From assembly GCA_023245145.1 (NCBI GenBank), contig JAHFKW010000002.1:54601-118600 (forward strand): DNA of 64,000 nucleotides, written 5' to 3'. Shown piece after piece: positions 1 through 9,484 of the stretch. The DNA comes from Candidatus Staskawiczbacteria bacterium (lineage in GTDB: Bacteria > Patescibacteriota > Minisyncoccia > Minisyncoccales > Staskawiczbacteraceae). Made by a program: the position numbers and the translations under genes. Below the pieces are notes generated by a model. That model did not search any database and was not told the DNA's origin. It saw only the letters and a program-made list of their open reading frames with translations. Position 1 is the stretch's first letter, and the number at the start of each line of letters is the position of its first letter.

Positions 1-762
1 TACTGTTGCATCACCATTTAAATCAGTTTTTACATTAGCCGGATTTGGCGCAATAACACCAAGGCTGGTGTTAAAATGAACGCCCATTAAGCCAAGGGGT
101 GTGGTGATCATGATGGGAGGCGTACCGTGTGGAATTCTTTTGGCATTAATAAATTTAGCTGGGCCAGTGACGCTAAAATTGGCGGTAACCGTAGAAACAT
201 CTTTGCCATCGGCTAGCAACTTATCTGGATTGGCTTTAATAGTGGCTTTAAGCCGATAAATGTCGCATTTTAGGTCCATCTTTGATACTGCCACTGGCTT
301 GCCGTCAGAGCCGAATATAGTCAGATCCACCACCTTTGGTTCTGGCAGTGTTGCTCCTTGGGGTAAAATAATATCTCCACAAATATCGTCCGGAACAGTT
401 ACGATATATCCTGAAGTATTCACAATAACCGTGGCTGGATATTTAAGCCCAGTAGTTCCGTCATATTGCATAAATGACCCACCGCCCTGCTGGACTGCGT
501 GCCAACCGTGAGGACCGGCATCGGTGAATGTGGCGGTAACCGGCTCTACGACCTGTGCATTAGCTGAAACTGCAACAGAAACCTGCCCACCTTCGGGTGT
601 GCCAGATTGTTCGGTGGCTGAATTTGTGTTGGTGTTAATTGACGGAGTTTTTGACTTATTCATATTTAGCCCCACCACCACGCCACCTACGATAATAAAA
701 AAAGCCACGGCGGTCCACACGATTCCCATAAAAGAAATTGCACCCCTTGATTGAATGTTCAT
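1..762 (-). CDS. partial CDS (N-terminal part, runs off window start): membrane-anchored extracellular protein, possible bacterial Ig-like repeat
   Basis: Absent from the ORF track because it is open at the window edge. The reverse complement of 1-762 is one uninterrupted frame from ATG at 762 (MNIQSRGAISFMGIVWTAVAFFIIVGGVVVGL..., one TM helix, then Thr/Gly/Val-rich sequence including DGKDVSTVTANFSVTG). The + ORFs 260-511 and 524-754 are antisense shadows. Confidence 0.55.
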   Translation of the reverse strand, partial: MNIQSRGAISFMGIVWTAVAFFIIVGGVVVGLNMNKSKTPSINTNTNSATEQSGTPEGGQVSVAVSANAQVVEPVTATFTDAGPHGWHAVQQGGGSFMQYDGTTGLKYPATVIVNTSGYIVTVPDDICGDIILPQGATLPEPKVVDLTIFGSDGKPVAVSKMDLKCDIYRLKATIKANPDKLLADGKDVSTVTANFSVTGPAKFINAKRIPHGTPPIMITTPLGLMGVHFNTSLGVIAPNPANVKTDLNGDATV

Positions 763-820
763 ATTTTTATGTAATTAAATTATTACTTATATCTTACGTC
801 TGGCAAAAATAAAATACAAG

Positions 821-857
821 TAATAAAAACCGCTGGTGCTTTCGCAACCCAGCGGGT
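821..857 (-). terminator. intrinsic terminator downstream of the 875-1402 gene
   Basis: Stem aaaccgctgg / ccagcgggttt (826-835 / 848-857), followed on the minus strand by a T-run (821-828). Confidence 0.6.
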
Positions 858-874
858 TTCTTGGACTCATTGAC

Positions 875-1402
875 TCATTTCCCATCCAAAAATCGCGTGA
901 TGCGATTAGTGGTTTGGTTAAAGTCATTACTAATTTGATTCAAATTGTGACGCGTGTTTTTTTGACGTAGCTTGAAGCTCAATGACCTACATTTGATGAG
1001 CTCCAAAAATACATTATAGATTAAATCCTGCTCACCACGAGGCATATTTCCCCCAAAAGACATCCCTATCATCTGATCGATGAGATTATGCTCGTCTTCA
1101 TTTGAAGGAAAGTGTTTGGCATCTTGCCCACCGGCCATGATTTTCAGGATTTTCAACCTATTGGAAAAGTACAGGTAATCTTTCCGGTCAAACCACGGCT
1201 GACAGCGTCTAAGCACCTCCCATGCCACATCGTGACAAACACGTCTCTCGTATGTGACTATGATCAGGTGAAGTTTGTCAGCCGATTTTCGATCTTCAAC
1301 GATTTGTTGATGATGGAAACGCAATATGAAAACCGTCCCCACCAAACTTAACATAAACACCAAGAAGGCAACGTTTGATAAGAACGTTTGTCTTTTTGCC
1401 AC
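875..1402 (-). CDS. hypothetical membrane-anchored protein
   Basis: 175-aa ORF with a GTG start preceded by gggaga (SD-like) and an N-terminal hydrophobic helix (VAFLVFMLSLVGTVFIL). Its own terminator lies downstream. No recognisable family motif. Confidence 0.5.
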   Translation of the reverse strand: MAKRQTFLSNVAFLVFMLSLVGTVFILRFHHQQIVEDRKSADKLHLIIVTYERRVCHDVAWEVLRRCQPWFDRKDYLYFSNRLKILKIMAGGQDAKHFPSNEDEHNLIDQMIGMSFGGNMPRGEQDLIYNVFLELIKCRSLSFKLRQKNTRHNLNQISNDFNQTTNRITRFLDGK

Positions 1403-1590
1403 GTCATTCTCCCGTAAAAGAGTTTGATTTTTTTGATTATGTATATCATATTCTTGGCAGAAAGTCTATGACTTGTCGCATAATAAGAGTTCTTGTTTGC
1501 ATATTTTAGTGACGGGCGTATGATGATATAAAAGGAAGTTGTAATGACGTAACTGCTCTTTCCCAATTCTTTCACGGGAGGATTCACATC

Positions 1591-2556
1591 GTGAAAACCA
1601 TCGTTGTTTTTCTCTTAGTTTTGGCGGTACCGGCCATGATTATTGGTCAGCAATCGTCAAACAAGACGCACCTTGCTGAAGTCAGATTCCATGACGGCAG
1701 TATCGTGCGCATGACCATTTTGCAAGAGAATCTGGAGGTACAAACCAAGTATGGTAAGCTCACCGTTCAGCTCGCTGATGTGCGTCGCGTGGAATTCGGC
1801 TTACACGTACCACCCGAAACCGCCCAAAAAGTCGCTCAGTCAATCAAGCGACTGGCTAGCGATTTTCACAAGGAACGTGACACCGCAACAAGAGATCTGG
1901 TTCAATTAGGACGCTTCGCTTTATGGCCTCTGTTGAAGGCCTCCAAAAGTGGTGATCAGGAAGTTGCTTACCGTGCCATCGGTGCGTTAAAGCAAATTGA
2001 GGAAAGAGTGTCTCCCGATTTACTGAAACTCCAAGAAGAGGATGTGGTTTACACCGTTGAGTTTATGATGATTGGCAAAATTTGTTCGCCGACTATCAAG
2101 GCCCACTCACCATATTTTGGAGAAGTGGTGTTGAAACTTAGCGAACTACGTACCATGCACGTGAAGCATCAAAGTGGTAATCTTCATTTAGTCCTTGATG
2201 CGACCAAACATGGTAGTGCGTTGGATCAGTGGTGTGATACAGGTATGATGGTTGATACCGGCCAACGCCTAGTCATTACCAGTGAGGGGCAGGTTGACTT
2301 GTGGCCCCAGGGCGCCGGTCAATATATGGCTTCGCCCAAAGGCTACAACACGACTGGCAAAGGCGGACAATTTATGGCTGGGGCCCTGATTGGTAAAATC
2401 GGCGAAAATGGTAAAACTTTCTTCATTGGTGAGCAATATAATAGTAACGTCAATGAGGAAGGTAAACTCTATTTGCTGATTGTACCAAATCCATGGAACA
2501 GCGGCTCCACGGGTAAGTACAAGGCGCGTATTGTAACGGACTATAGTGGCCGATAG
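1591..2556 (+). CDS. secreted protein, HEAT-like helical segment plus C-terminal PA-IL/LecA-like beta-sandwich (tentative)
   Basis: GTG start with gggagga SD 7 nt upstream and a signal-peptide-like N-terminus (MKTIVVFLLVLAVPAMIIGQQ). The C-terminal pattern GQRLVITSEGQVDLWPQG...GALIGKIGENGKTFFIG...GKLYLLIVPNPWNSGSTGKYKARI resembles the PA-IL lectin as I recall it. Visibly GC-richer than the core genes. Confidence 0.55.
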   Translation: MKTIVVFLLVLAVPAMIIGQQSSNKTHLAEVRFHDGSIVRMTILQENLEVQTKYGKLTVQLADVRRVEFGLHVPPETAQKVAQSIKRLASDFHKERDTATRDLVQLGRFALWPLLKASKSGDQEVAYRAIGALKQIEERVSPDLLKLQEEDVVYTVEFMMIGKICSPTIKAHSPYFGEVVLKLSELRTMHVKHQSGNLHLVLDATKHGSALDQWCDTGMMVDTGQRLVITSEGQVDLWPQGAGQYMASPKGYNTTGKGGQFMAGALIGKIGENGKTFFIGEQYNSNVNEEGKLYLLIVPNPWNSGSTGKYKARIVTDYSGR

Positions 2557-2565
2557 TCATGCACA

Positions 2566-2601
2566 AGCCGAAGAACAAGAGAGAGTTCTTCGGCTTTTTT
2601 A
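2566..2601 (+). terminator. intrinsic terminator after 1591-2556
   Basis: agccgaagaac / gttcttcggct stem followed by tttttt. Confidence 0.75.
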
Positions 2602-2644
2602 TTTCACCCTTGTCGCATAATCATAATTTTGATAGAATAATAGT

Positions 2645-3133
2645 ATGAAGAAAGAAAAATTTAACATCGTAAATTTGGTAAATAATTCCGGCTGTTTTGA
2701 TTTGCAATTTCGCAAAGATACTCGGCACAAACGCACTAACTCCCCCACCTATTACCGTTGGAAAATCCAATTCGTCATCACCTTACCTAAATTGGAAATT
2801 GAAGCGTTAAAAAAAGCAGCTAGCCTGATAAGCTGTGGCAATATAACGGTAACGGGAAACCAAGCCAGGCTTTCCGTGCAAAACATTGATGAGATTTATG
2901 AGGCGGTAATCCCCTACTTTAAGAAAAATTTACTCGCGGGTGAAAAGAAAAAAGATTTTTCCATTTGGCAAAAAGCCGTAGAAATTGTGTACAAAAATAA
3001 AGGTAAAAAAATTACGACTTGGGAAAAAAGCGACTTGAGCTCGCTCATAGAAATTCATAAATTATCGGCAAAATATAAAGGAAGGACACACTCTGGAAAA
3101 TGGATTAACATGGCACGGACGCTAACCCGTTAA
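2645..3133 (+). CDS. free-standing LAGLIDADG-family homing-endonuclease-like protein with degenerate motif
   Basis: 162 aa. Layout matches single-motif LAGLIDADG proteins: helix IVNLVNNSGCF, then beta strands, ...CGNITV..., VIPYFKKNLLAGEKKKDFSIWQKAVEIV, then a helical tail. The acidic residues of LAGxxDGDG are replaced (NNSG). Confidence 0.5.
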   Translation: MKKEKFNIVNLVNNSGCFDLQFRKDTRHKRTNSPTYYRWKIQFVITLPKLEIEALKKAASLISCGNITVTGNQARLSVQNIDEIYEAVIPYFKKNLLAGEKKKDFSIWQKAVEIVYKNKGKKITTWEKSDLSSLIEIHKLSAKYKGRTHSGKWINMARTLTR

Positions 3134-3140
3134 TTCTTAA

Positions 3141-3827
3141 TTATTTTCCATACCGACGTTGCCTTGCCTCAAATTCTTCCAGCACCAAATTAAAATCCGT
3201 TTCATTAAAATCCGGCCAAAGTTTATTGGAAAAATAAAGCTCTGAATAAGCTCCTTGCCAGAGTACAAAATTGGATAGACGCATTTCACCTCCGGCTCGA
3301 ATGATAAGATCCGGTTCGGGTAGACCAGCAGTTGAAAGATAACTGGCAAACACCTCTTCGGTAATAGCTTCGGGATTAATCCCGCTCTTCATTAATTCCT
3401 TAACTGCGTTGACGATATCCCAGCGCCCTCCATAACTGACAGCCAAATTCAAATGCATGGCCGTATTATTTCTTGTGGCTTCTTCCACTTTTTCAATTAC
3501 TTTTTTAAGGGAGTTAGAAAGTTTGTATTTTTGTCCAATAATTTTTACTCGCACACCTTCCTGATTAAAACTTTCAATCCCCTCCCCCAAATATCTTTCA
3601 AAGACGTGCATTAAAAAATCAATCTGATCTTGCGGTCTTTGCCAATTTTCACTGGAAAATCCAAAAACCGTCACCACGTTAACTCCGCTTTTTTTGCACC
3701 AATGCAAAAAGTCGTTAAATTTATCCTTACCCTTTAAATATCCTTCTTTAATGCTAATGCCGTTAGTTTCTGACCAACGACGATTGCCATCGGGAAATAA
3801 TACGATGTGTTGTGGAATATTTTTCAT
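3141..3827 (-). CDS. uppS: undecaprenyl-diphosphate synthase (cis-prenyltransferase)
   Basis: HIVLFPDGNRRW, ENWQRP and IRAGGEMRLSNFVLWQGAYSELYF motifs; 228 aa. Confidence 0.9.
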   Translation of the reverse strand: MKNIPQHIVLFPDGNRRWSETNGISIKEGYLKGKDKFNDFLHWCKKSGVNVVTVFGFSSENWQRPQDQIDFLMHVFERYLGEGIESFNQEGVRVKIIGQKYKLSNSLKKVIEKVEEATRNNTAMHLNLAVSYGGRWDIVNAVKELMKSGINPEAITEEVFASYLSTAGLPEPDLIIRAGGEMRLSNFVLWQGAYSELYFSNKLWPDFNETDFNLVLEEFEARQRRYGK

Positions 3828-3851
3828 ATCTATTGATTCTATCTATATATT

Positions 3852-3880
3852 TTGACAAATTCAAGTATATTTGCTAAGAT
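3852..3880 (+). promoter_or_regulatory. sigma70-type promoter of rpmA, near-leaderless
   Basis: TTGACA (3852-3857), 17-nt spacer, TAAGAT (3875-3880). The ATG at 3887 is only 6 nt after the -10 and has no SD. Confidence 0.55.
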
Positions 3881-3886
3881 ACAAAC

Positions 3887-4159
3887 ATGTCAACAAGTAA
3901 ATCTACAGGAGCATCCAGATTAGGCAGAGATTCGGCCGCCCAGCGTCTTGGAATTAAAATTTCCGGTGGACAAACCGCGAAAATCGGGCAGATTATCGTA
4001 CGTCAACGTGGTACGCGATATTTAGTTGGAAAAAATGTAAAAATGGGTTCTGATAACACCCTTTATGCGATGAAAGATGGTGTGGTAAAATTCACTACCA
4101 AACAAAAAAATCTATTCAATGGTAAGCAAAGAATGGCAGCCATGGTGCACGTTATGTAG
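3887..4159 (+). CDS. rpmA: 50S ribosomal protein L27
   Basis: [19 protein letters not shown]....G.IIVRQRGT...GKNV..G.D.TLYA..DG.VKF pattern; 90 aa. Confidence 0.9.
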   Translation: MSTSKSTGASRLGRDSAAQRLGIKISGGQTAKIGQIIVRQRGTRYLVGKNVKMGSDNTLYAMKDGVVKFTTKQKNLFNGKQRMAAMVHVM

Positions 4160-5774
4160 TGCAAGCCCTTATAAAGGCTAAAAATAACGGATGCGGAGCA
4201 AGCGGATGAGACAAAAATTCAGGATGAAATTGAGTACCCAACATAAACGGGTGCTCTTTTTTTGATAGTTCCGCTATTTCCATTAAACGTTCATCGGGCG
4301 AAACACCGCTAAAAACCAGTCCGGCTTCTTTGAGTTTTACAATATATTCCGGATTTACTTCATAACGATGGCGGTGGCGTTCACGCACTTCATCTTTGCC
4401 ATAAGCGTCGCGGGCAATAGTGTTGGCGTTTAATTTACAAGCGTATCCCCCCAAACGCATAGTGCCGCCAAAACTCTGACGAGCCATGTTTTCTTTTTGT
4501 TCGGGCATATAATCAATGACGGTATTTTGGGCATCGGGTTTTATTTCGGCGGTATGAGCATCGGGAATTTTAGCCACATTTCGTGCGTATTCAACCACCA
4601 TCAACTGCATGCCATAACAAAGTCCCAAATAAGGAATTTTATTTTCACGCACAAATTGAATGGCACTAATAATGCCTTCCACTCCCCGACTGCCAAACCC
4701 TCCGGGCACCAGCACTCCGTCGTATTGTTTTAATTCTTGTAATTTAGCCGGGTTAATTTCATAGACTTCCGAATCAAGATACGAAAGTTTCACTCCCAAA
4801 TCCTGATGAGCACTGGCATGTTTTAAGGCTTCAATCACAGAAATATACACATCCGAAAGCACATAATCCCCCGACATAAAGTATTTTCCCAGTACCGCGA
4901 TATGTAATTTTTTATTACCATTTTTGGTTTTATCAACAAACCCCTGCCAGCTTAAAAGATCGGTGCTGCGATGTTTTAAATTCAATACATCGCATAAAAT
5001 ATCCCCCAAACCATCTTTTTCAAAATTCAGCGGGACGTCGTAAATACTTTCAACATCGGGAGCTGAAATAACGCGCTCCGGAGAAATATTACAAAAAGTG
5101 GCTATTTTTTCTTTACGTTTGGCGTCCAATGATGTGGAGGCGCGAGCTAAAATAACATCAGCTTGCAGGCCCACCGAATTTAATTCCCGACTGGCATACT
5201 GGGTTGGCTTGGTTTTCATTTCACCGATATTCTGGGGAATAGGCACGTATGAAAGCATTACCACCGCCACGTCGGTCGGACACTCGTGCTTGAGCATACG
5301 AGCCGCTTCCAAAAAAATAATATTTTGGTATTCGCCGATGGTTCCGCCCACTTCAATCAATGTCACATCTGCTTTTGCCTTTGTGGTGGCCTCCTTAATA
5401 CGGCGAATTACTTCCAATGGCACATCCGGCACCACCTCAACATTTTTACCTTTGTACTCCAAGTTGCGTTCGCGACGAATGACTTCCTGATAGACCCGAC
5501 CGGTGGTCATGTAGTTAATAGATGGCAAAGTTTCATCCAAGAATCTTTCATAATTGCCCATATCCTGATCGGTCTCATAGCCGTCGTCCAAAACAAAAAC
5601 CTCGCCGTGTTCGGTGGGGTTCATGGTACCCGCGTCAACATTTATGTATGGATCAATTTTTATTGCAGTGACCCCAAAACCCTTGTTTTTTAAAATACTA
5701 CCAATGGAAGCGGTTGCCACACCTTTGCCAATACCGCTCATAACTCCACCCACGATAAAAATATATTTTGCCAT
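4152..5774 (-). CDS. pyrG: CTP synthase
   Basis: [17 protein letters not shown]-terminus and a C-terminal glutamine amidotransferase domain ([15 protein letters not shown]); 540 aa. Confidence 0.95.
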   Translation of the reverse strand: MAKYIFIVGGVMSGIGKGVATASIGSILKNKGFGVTAIKIDPYINVDAGTMNPTEHGEVFVLDDGYETDQDMGNYERFLDETLPSINYMTTGRVYQEVIRRERNLEYKGKNVEVVPDVPLEVIRRIKEATTKAKADVTLIEVGGTIGEYQNIIFLEAARMLKHECPTDVAVVMLSYVPIPQNIGEMKTKPTQYASRELNSVGLQADVILARASTSLDAKRKEKIATFCNISPERVISAPDVESIYDVPLNFEKDGLGDILCDVLNLKHRSTDLLSWQGFVDKTKNGNKKLHIAVLGKYFMSGDYVLSDVYISVIEALKHASAHQDLGVKLSYLDSEVYEINPAKLQELKQYDGVLVPGGFGSRGVEGIISAIQFVRENKIPYLGLCYGMQLMVVEYARNVAKIPDAHTAEIKPDAQNTVIDYMPEQKENMARQSFGGTMRLGGYACKLNANTIARDAYGKDEVRERHRHRYEVNPEYIVKLKEAGLVFSGVSPDERLMEIAELSKKEHPFMLGTQFHPEFLSHPLAPHPLFLAFIRACTT

Positions 5775-5780
5775 AAAAAC

Positions 5781-6251
5781 CTATTCTTGTTCTTCTATTT
5801 TTTCTCCCAATTCTTCGGTAATAACCACATTAATAACTGCCTCTAAGTTATGGTCTAACTTTAGGGTAACTGGATATTCTCCTAATTCCTTGATCGGCTT
5901 TACCAATATGACGTGAGATTTTTTAACTTCAAATCCCATTTCTTTTAATTTATCTGTTATTTTTGAAGCAGTAATTGATTCAAATAACTTTTTACCATCA
6001 TGAGCTTTAACCATCATCAAAACATCAATGTCATCCAATTTAGAGGCCATTTCTTGAGCTTTTTTTAAATCCTCCTCGCTAATCTTTTCAATCACTTCTT
6101 GCTGAGCTTTTAGCCATGTTAGGTTTTCCCGATTAGCCAATTTCACCAAATTTTGGGGGATTAAAAGATTTCTGGCGTAGCCATTTTTGACCTCCTTAAT
6201 TTCAAACTTTTTCCCCACATTTTCTATGTCTTGTAATAGTATTACTTTCAT
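5781..6251 (-). CDS. rplI: 50S ribosomal protein L9
   Basis: MKVILLQDIENVGKKFEIKEVKNGYARNLLIPQ N-terminus. Confidence 0.9.
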   Translation of the reverse strand: MKVILLQDIENVGKKFEIKEVKNGYARNLLIPQNLVKLANRENLTWLKAQQEVIEKISEEDLKKAQEMASKLDDIDVLMMVKAHDGKKLFESITASKITDKLKEMGFEVKKSHVILVKPIKELGEYPVTLKLDHNLEAVINVVITEELGEKIEEQE

Positions 6252-6275
6252 ATCTTTTTATGTTTCTCTATCATT

Positions 6276-7487
6276 CTACTGTAAGCCACTAATTATTTCA
6301 AGGGCTTTATCAAGCTGTGGATCTTTTTTGGCTTCAAAATCGGCCTCGGTGAATTCTACTTTTACATCTGGAGTCAAACCTACCTCTGAAATAGAATTTC
6401 CTTTAGGAGTTAACCAGTGCGCAATAGTTATTTTTAGAAAAGAAGCATTATCTTTTAGGGCGACTACTTCTTGCACCGAACCCTTGCCAAAAGATTTTTC
6501 ACCAACAAGTTTCACATTTATATTATCTCGTAAAGCACCCGCCAAAATTTCTGACGCTGAAGCTGAACCCTTATTTAATAAAACCACTATTGGGTAACTA
6601 GCAAACACCCCATTCCCTTCAGACTTATAAATATGCTTTTCTTTAGCTTTACCAAAATCTTCAATGGTCACCACCTGACCCTGTTTTAAAAACCAACCGG
6701 CGATTTCCTGGCAGACTTCCAAATATCCACCGGGATTATTCCTAACATCTAAAATAATTTTTCGAGCTGGACTCTTTAAAACTTCGTTAGCCACTTTTTT
6801 AAAATCAGTCGAAAGACTTTGGTCAAACTGGTGAATGGTAATATGTGCTACGTCATTATTTTTTAACTCCCAATCTATGGAATTTACTTTAATAGTGGCA
6901 CGAATAATCGTGATATCTTTTGACTGCGTCCAATCGTCGCGAAATACGGTGAGCGTAACTGATGTGCCACCCTTGCCACGTATGAGTGTTACCGCCTCTT
7001 CGGTCTGCATATCAGAAGTACTTTTGCCATTAATCTTAAGAATTAAATCGCCAGGTTTTATTCCCGCTTTTTCAGCCGGTGAATCTTTCAGTGGTGCCAC
7101 CACTGTTAACTGATCTTTTTTAATCGCAATTTCAGCGCCAACGCCCTCAAAAGAACCAGCTAAATCCTGCTGGAAAGCTTTGGCCTGCTTGGGGTCAAAG
7201 AAATCGGTGTACGGGTCGCCCAAACTGCGCGTCATACCGGCGATAGCGCCATAGGTAACCTTTTCATCACTAATTTTTTCCGGAGTAATAAACTTTTGAT
7301 GCAACACATCATATGCATTCCAAAACAGCGAAAAATTGAAATTTGAAGACTGGGCAGAAAGCATCGCGTGCTTTTGTCCGGCCGAAAATCCCGAACCAAA
7401 AACAACTAGTGACACGACTAGTACTACCAAATAACTAAATATTTTTGAATGGAACCTTAACATTGTTAAATTTATTCTACTATCCAA
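6276..7487 (-). CDS. S41 carboxy-terminal processing peptidase (PDZ-containing)
   Basis: PDZ-like GIKPGDLILKINGKS, catalytic-serine region NKGSASASEILAGAL and an N-terminal TM helix. Confidence 0.85.
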   Translation of the reverse strand: MDSRINLTMLRFHSKIFSYLVVLVVSLVVFGSGFSAGQKHAMLSAQSSNFNFSLFWNAYDVLHQKFITPEKISDEKVTYGAIAGMTRSLGDPYTDFFDPKQAKAFQQDLAGSFEGVGAEIAIKKDQLTVVAPLKDSPAEKAGIKPGDLILKINGKSTSDMQTEEAVTLIRGKGGTSVTLTVFRDDWTQSKDITIIRATIKVNSIDWELKNNDVAHITIHQFDQSLSTDFKKVANEVLKSPARKIILDVRNNPGGYLEVCQEIAGWFLKQGQVVTIEDFGKAKEKHIYKSEGNGVFASYPIVVLLNKGSASASEILAGALRDNINVKLVGEKSFGKGSVQEVVALKDNASFLKITIAHWLTPKGNSISEVGLTPDVKVEFTEADFEAKKDPQLDKALEIISGLQ

Positions 7488-8541
7488 TTAGTTTCAGCAC
7501 AACCCCAATAATTGCCAGAACGATGCCAATAATCCAGGCGCGCATAACCACTTTATACGCTGGCCAACCAATAGCCTCAAAATGATGATGAATGGGCGTG
7601 GATAAAAATATTTTTTTCTTACGAATTTTTTTTGACACTAACTGAATAATAACCGAGGCAACTTCCAGCACCAAAAGTCCTGCGATAACCGGCAAAACCA
7701 ATACCGAATCAGTTAAAAATGCGACAGTTGCCAAAACCGCCACCAACCCCAAGCTTCCCGTTTCGGACATATAAAACCTGGCCGGTGGAATATTAAACCA
7801 CAAAAAGGCGAATAAGGTACCGGTAATTACCGCGCAAAAGGTAGCTAAGTCAACCTTGCCTTGAGAAAAAGCAATAATGGTAAACGCTCCAAAAATAGAA
7901 GCAAATGTACCACCCGAAAGTCCATCCAAACCATCAATAATTCCGCCAGACCAGCAAGCCACCATTACAATTACAAAAAGCGGGATGTAAAAAATACCGA
8001 TAGAAAATTGTCCCATGAGTGGAATACTAATAACATCCCAGTCTAATTTATAGTAAAACCACAAACCGGCCAAAAGTCCCATAAGAGCAATCACCAGTAA
8101 TCTTTTGGAAAAAGATAATCCCCCGCCAACGTATTTTCCCAGATTAGAAACCACTAATATGTCATCTAAAAGTCCAAAGAGTGACGCCCCCACCAGCACC
8201 AACAACGGCAACCAGGTTTGACTTCTGGTTAAAAAATTAAGATTGGCGAATATGGAATTTGGCATTAATAAAAATCCCGTGTAGTAAAATAAAGCAACTA
8301 ATAACACCGTACCCCAAATAATCAATCCTCCCATGCGAGGCACACTGACTTCTCTTTCTTTGTGTAAACTGTTAAAGACTACGGCCTCCTCGCCACTAAT
8401 GGCTTTTTTACCGCCAGTTTTTTTCCAAAGTTTGTGCTTGTATAAAAAATCAATTAAAATTGGCGACCACAAAACAGCAATAATAGAGGCAACCGAAGAT
8501 GTGCCCAATACTTTTATCACATTAAAGGTTAGGAGTGTCAT
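7480..8541 (-). CDS. mraY: phospho-N-acetylmuramoyl-pentapeptide transferase
   Basis: Polytopic membrane protein with GLLDD, IDGLDGL and PIHHHFE motifs. Confidence 0.9.
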   Translation of the reverse strand: MTLLTFNVIKVLGTSSVASIIAVLWSPILIDFLYKHKLWKKTGGKKAISGEEAVVFNSLHKEREVSVPRMGGLIIWGTVLLVALFYYTGFLLMPNSIFANLNFLTRSQTWLPLLVLVGASLFGLLDDILVVSNLGKYVGGGLSFSKRLLVIALMGLLAGLWFYYKLDWDVISIPLMGQFSIGIFYIPLFVIVMVACWSGGIIDGLDGLSGGTFASIFGAFTIIAFSQGKVDLATFCAVITGTLFAFLWFNIPPARFYMSETGSLGLVAVLATVAFLTDSVLVLPVIAGLLVLEVASVIIQLVSKKIRKKKIFLSTPIHHHFEAIGWPAYKVVMRAWIIGIVLAIIGVVLKLIG

Positions 8542-9484
8542 TTTGAACTAGATTAATTAATTTTTGCATTTCTAAAAATCGATCTTCGGCGCCCAAAACA
8601 ATATGTACAAAATAATTTCCGTTTGGTCCAGTTTTCTGTATAACCATAAAACAACCCCTAGCTTCGTTCGTCCAACCAGTTTTACCACCAATAATACCAG
8701 CCGTCCCCAATAATTTGTTAGTGTTAACCAATCGATGATGCAACACCCCATTTACATATAAATTATACTCTTTTAAGCTAATAATTTCATTAAACAATGG
8801 GTAATGTAAAAATAAATATTCTGAAAGTTTTGCCAAGTCTTCGGCGGTAGAATAAGATTGACCGCCCAGCCCCGTACTATCGGTAAAATGAGTATTTATC
8901 ATACCAAGATCTAAAGATTTTTTATTCATAGCTGATAAAAATTCCGGCAGACCCATTACTTCCGAAAGTGCATAAGTGGCTCGATTACTTGATTCAATCA
9001 GTGATATATATAAAAGATCTTTTACGGATAAAGATTCGTTTAATGTTAAGCGCCCCTGTTCGCCTTCTTGCGCCATAGCATTTTTACTAATAACAATCTT
9101 GCTATTTAATTCATAATTTTCGAGTACCACTAAGGCGGTCATTAACTTTGTCAGGCTGGCGATGGGTAGTTTTTTTTGAGCCTCTTTTGAGAATATTCTA
9201 ACTGGCACACCCTGACTAAATCCAAGAGATATTGCCGAATCCGCATCCAGCTTTAAGTGTACTGTTGGTTTTAATGGAGGTTTTTGAGCGGCAACGGTTC
9301 CAGCGACAAACACATTTGAATCATAATAACCTATAGTGCCGGTAAAAAAACTTTGTACGCTATTGGAAAACCACTGTACTCCCATTAAAGTCACAAACAG
9401 CAATACGGTGAAAGTAAAAAATAGCACAAAATAATCAAATATTTTTTTGACAAAGTGTTTTTTTGAAGTTGGCGGTAAAATCAT
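8522..9484 (-). CDS. D-alanyl-D-alanine carboxypeptidase (S11-type PBP)
   Basis: SLTK (SxxK), SSN (SxN) and KTGWT (KTG) motifs; N-terminal TM helix. Confidence 0.8.
   Translation of the reverse strand: MILPPTSKKHFVKKIFDYFVLFFTFTVLLFVTLMGVQWFSNSVQSFFTGTIGYYDSNVFVAGTVAAQKPPLKPTVHLKLDADSAISLGFSQGVPVRIFSKEAQKKLPIASLTKLMTALVVLENYELNSKIVISKNAMAQEGEQGRLTLNESLSVKDLLYISLIESSNRATYALSEVMGLPEFLSAMNKKSLDLGMINTHFTDSTGLGGQSYSTAEDLAKLSEYLFLHYPLFNEIISLKEYNLYVNGVLHHRLVNTNKLLGTAGIIGGKTGWTNEARGCFMVIQKTGPNGNYFVHIVLGAEDRFLEMQKLINLVQNDTPNL

Noticed and set aside
260-754. Track ORFs 260-511(+) and 524-754(+).
   Set aside because: Both lie antisense to a longer uninterrupted minus-strand frame (1-762) that has a start codon, a TM helix and protein-like composition. 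They are treated as shadow ORFs.
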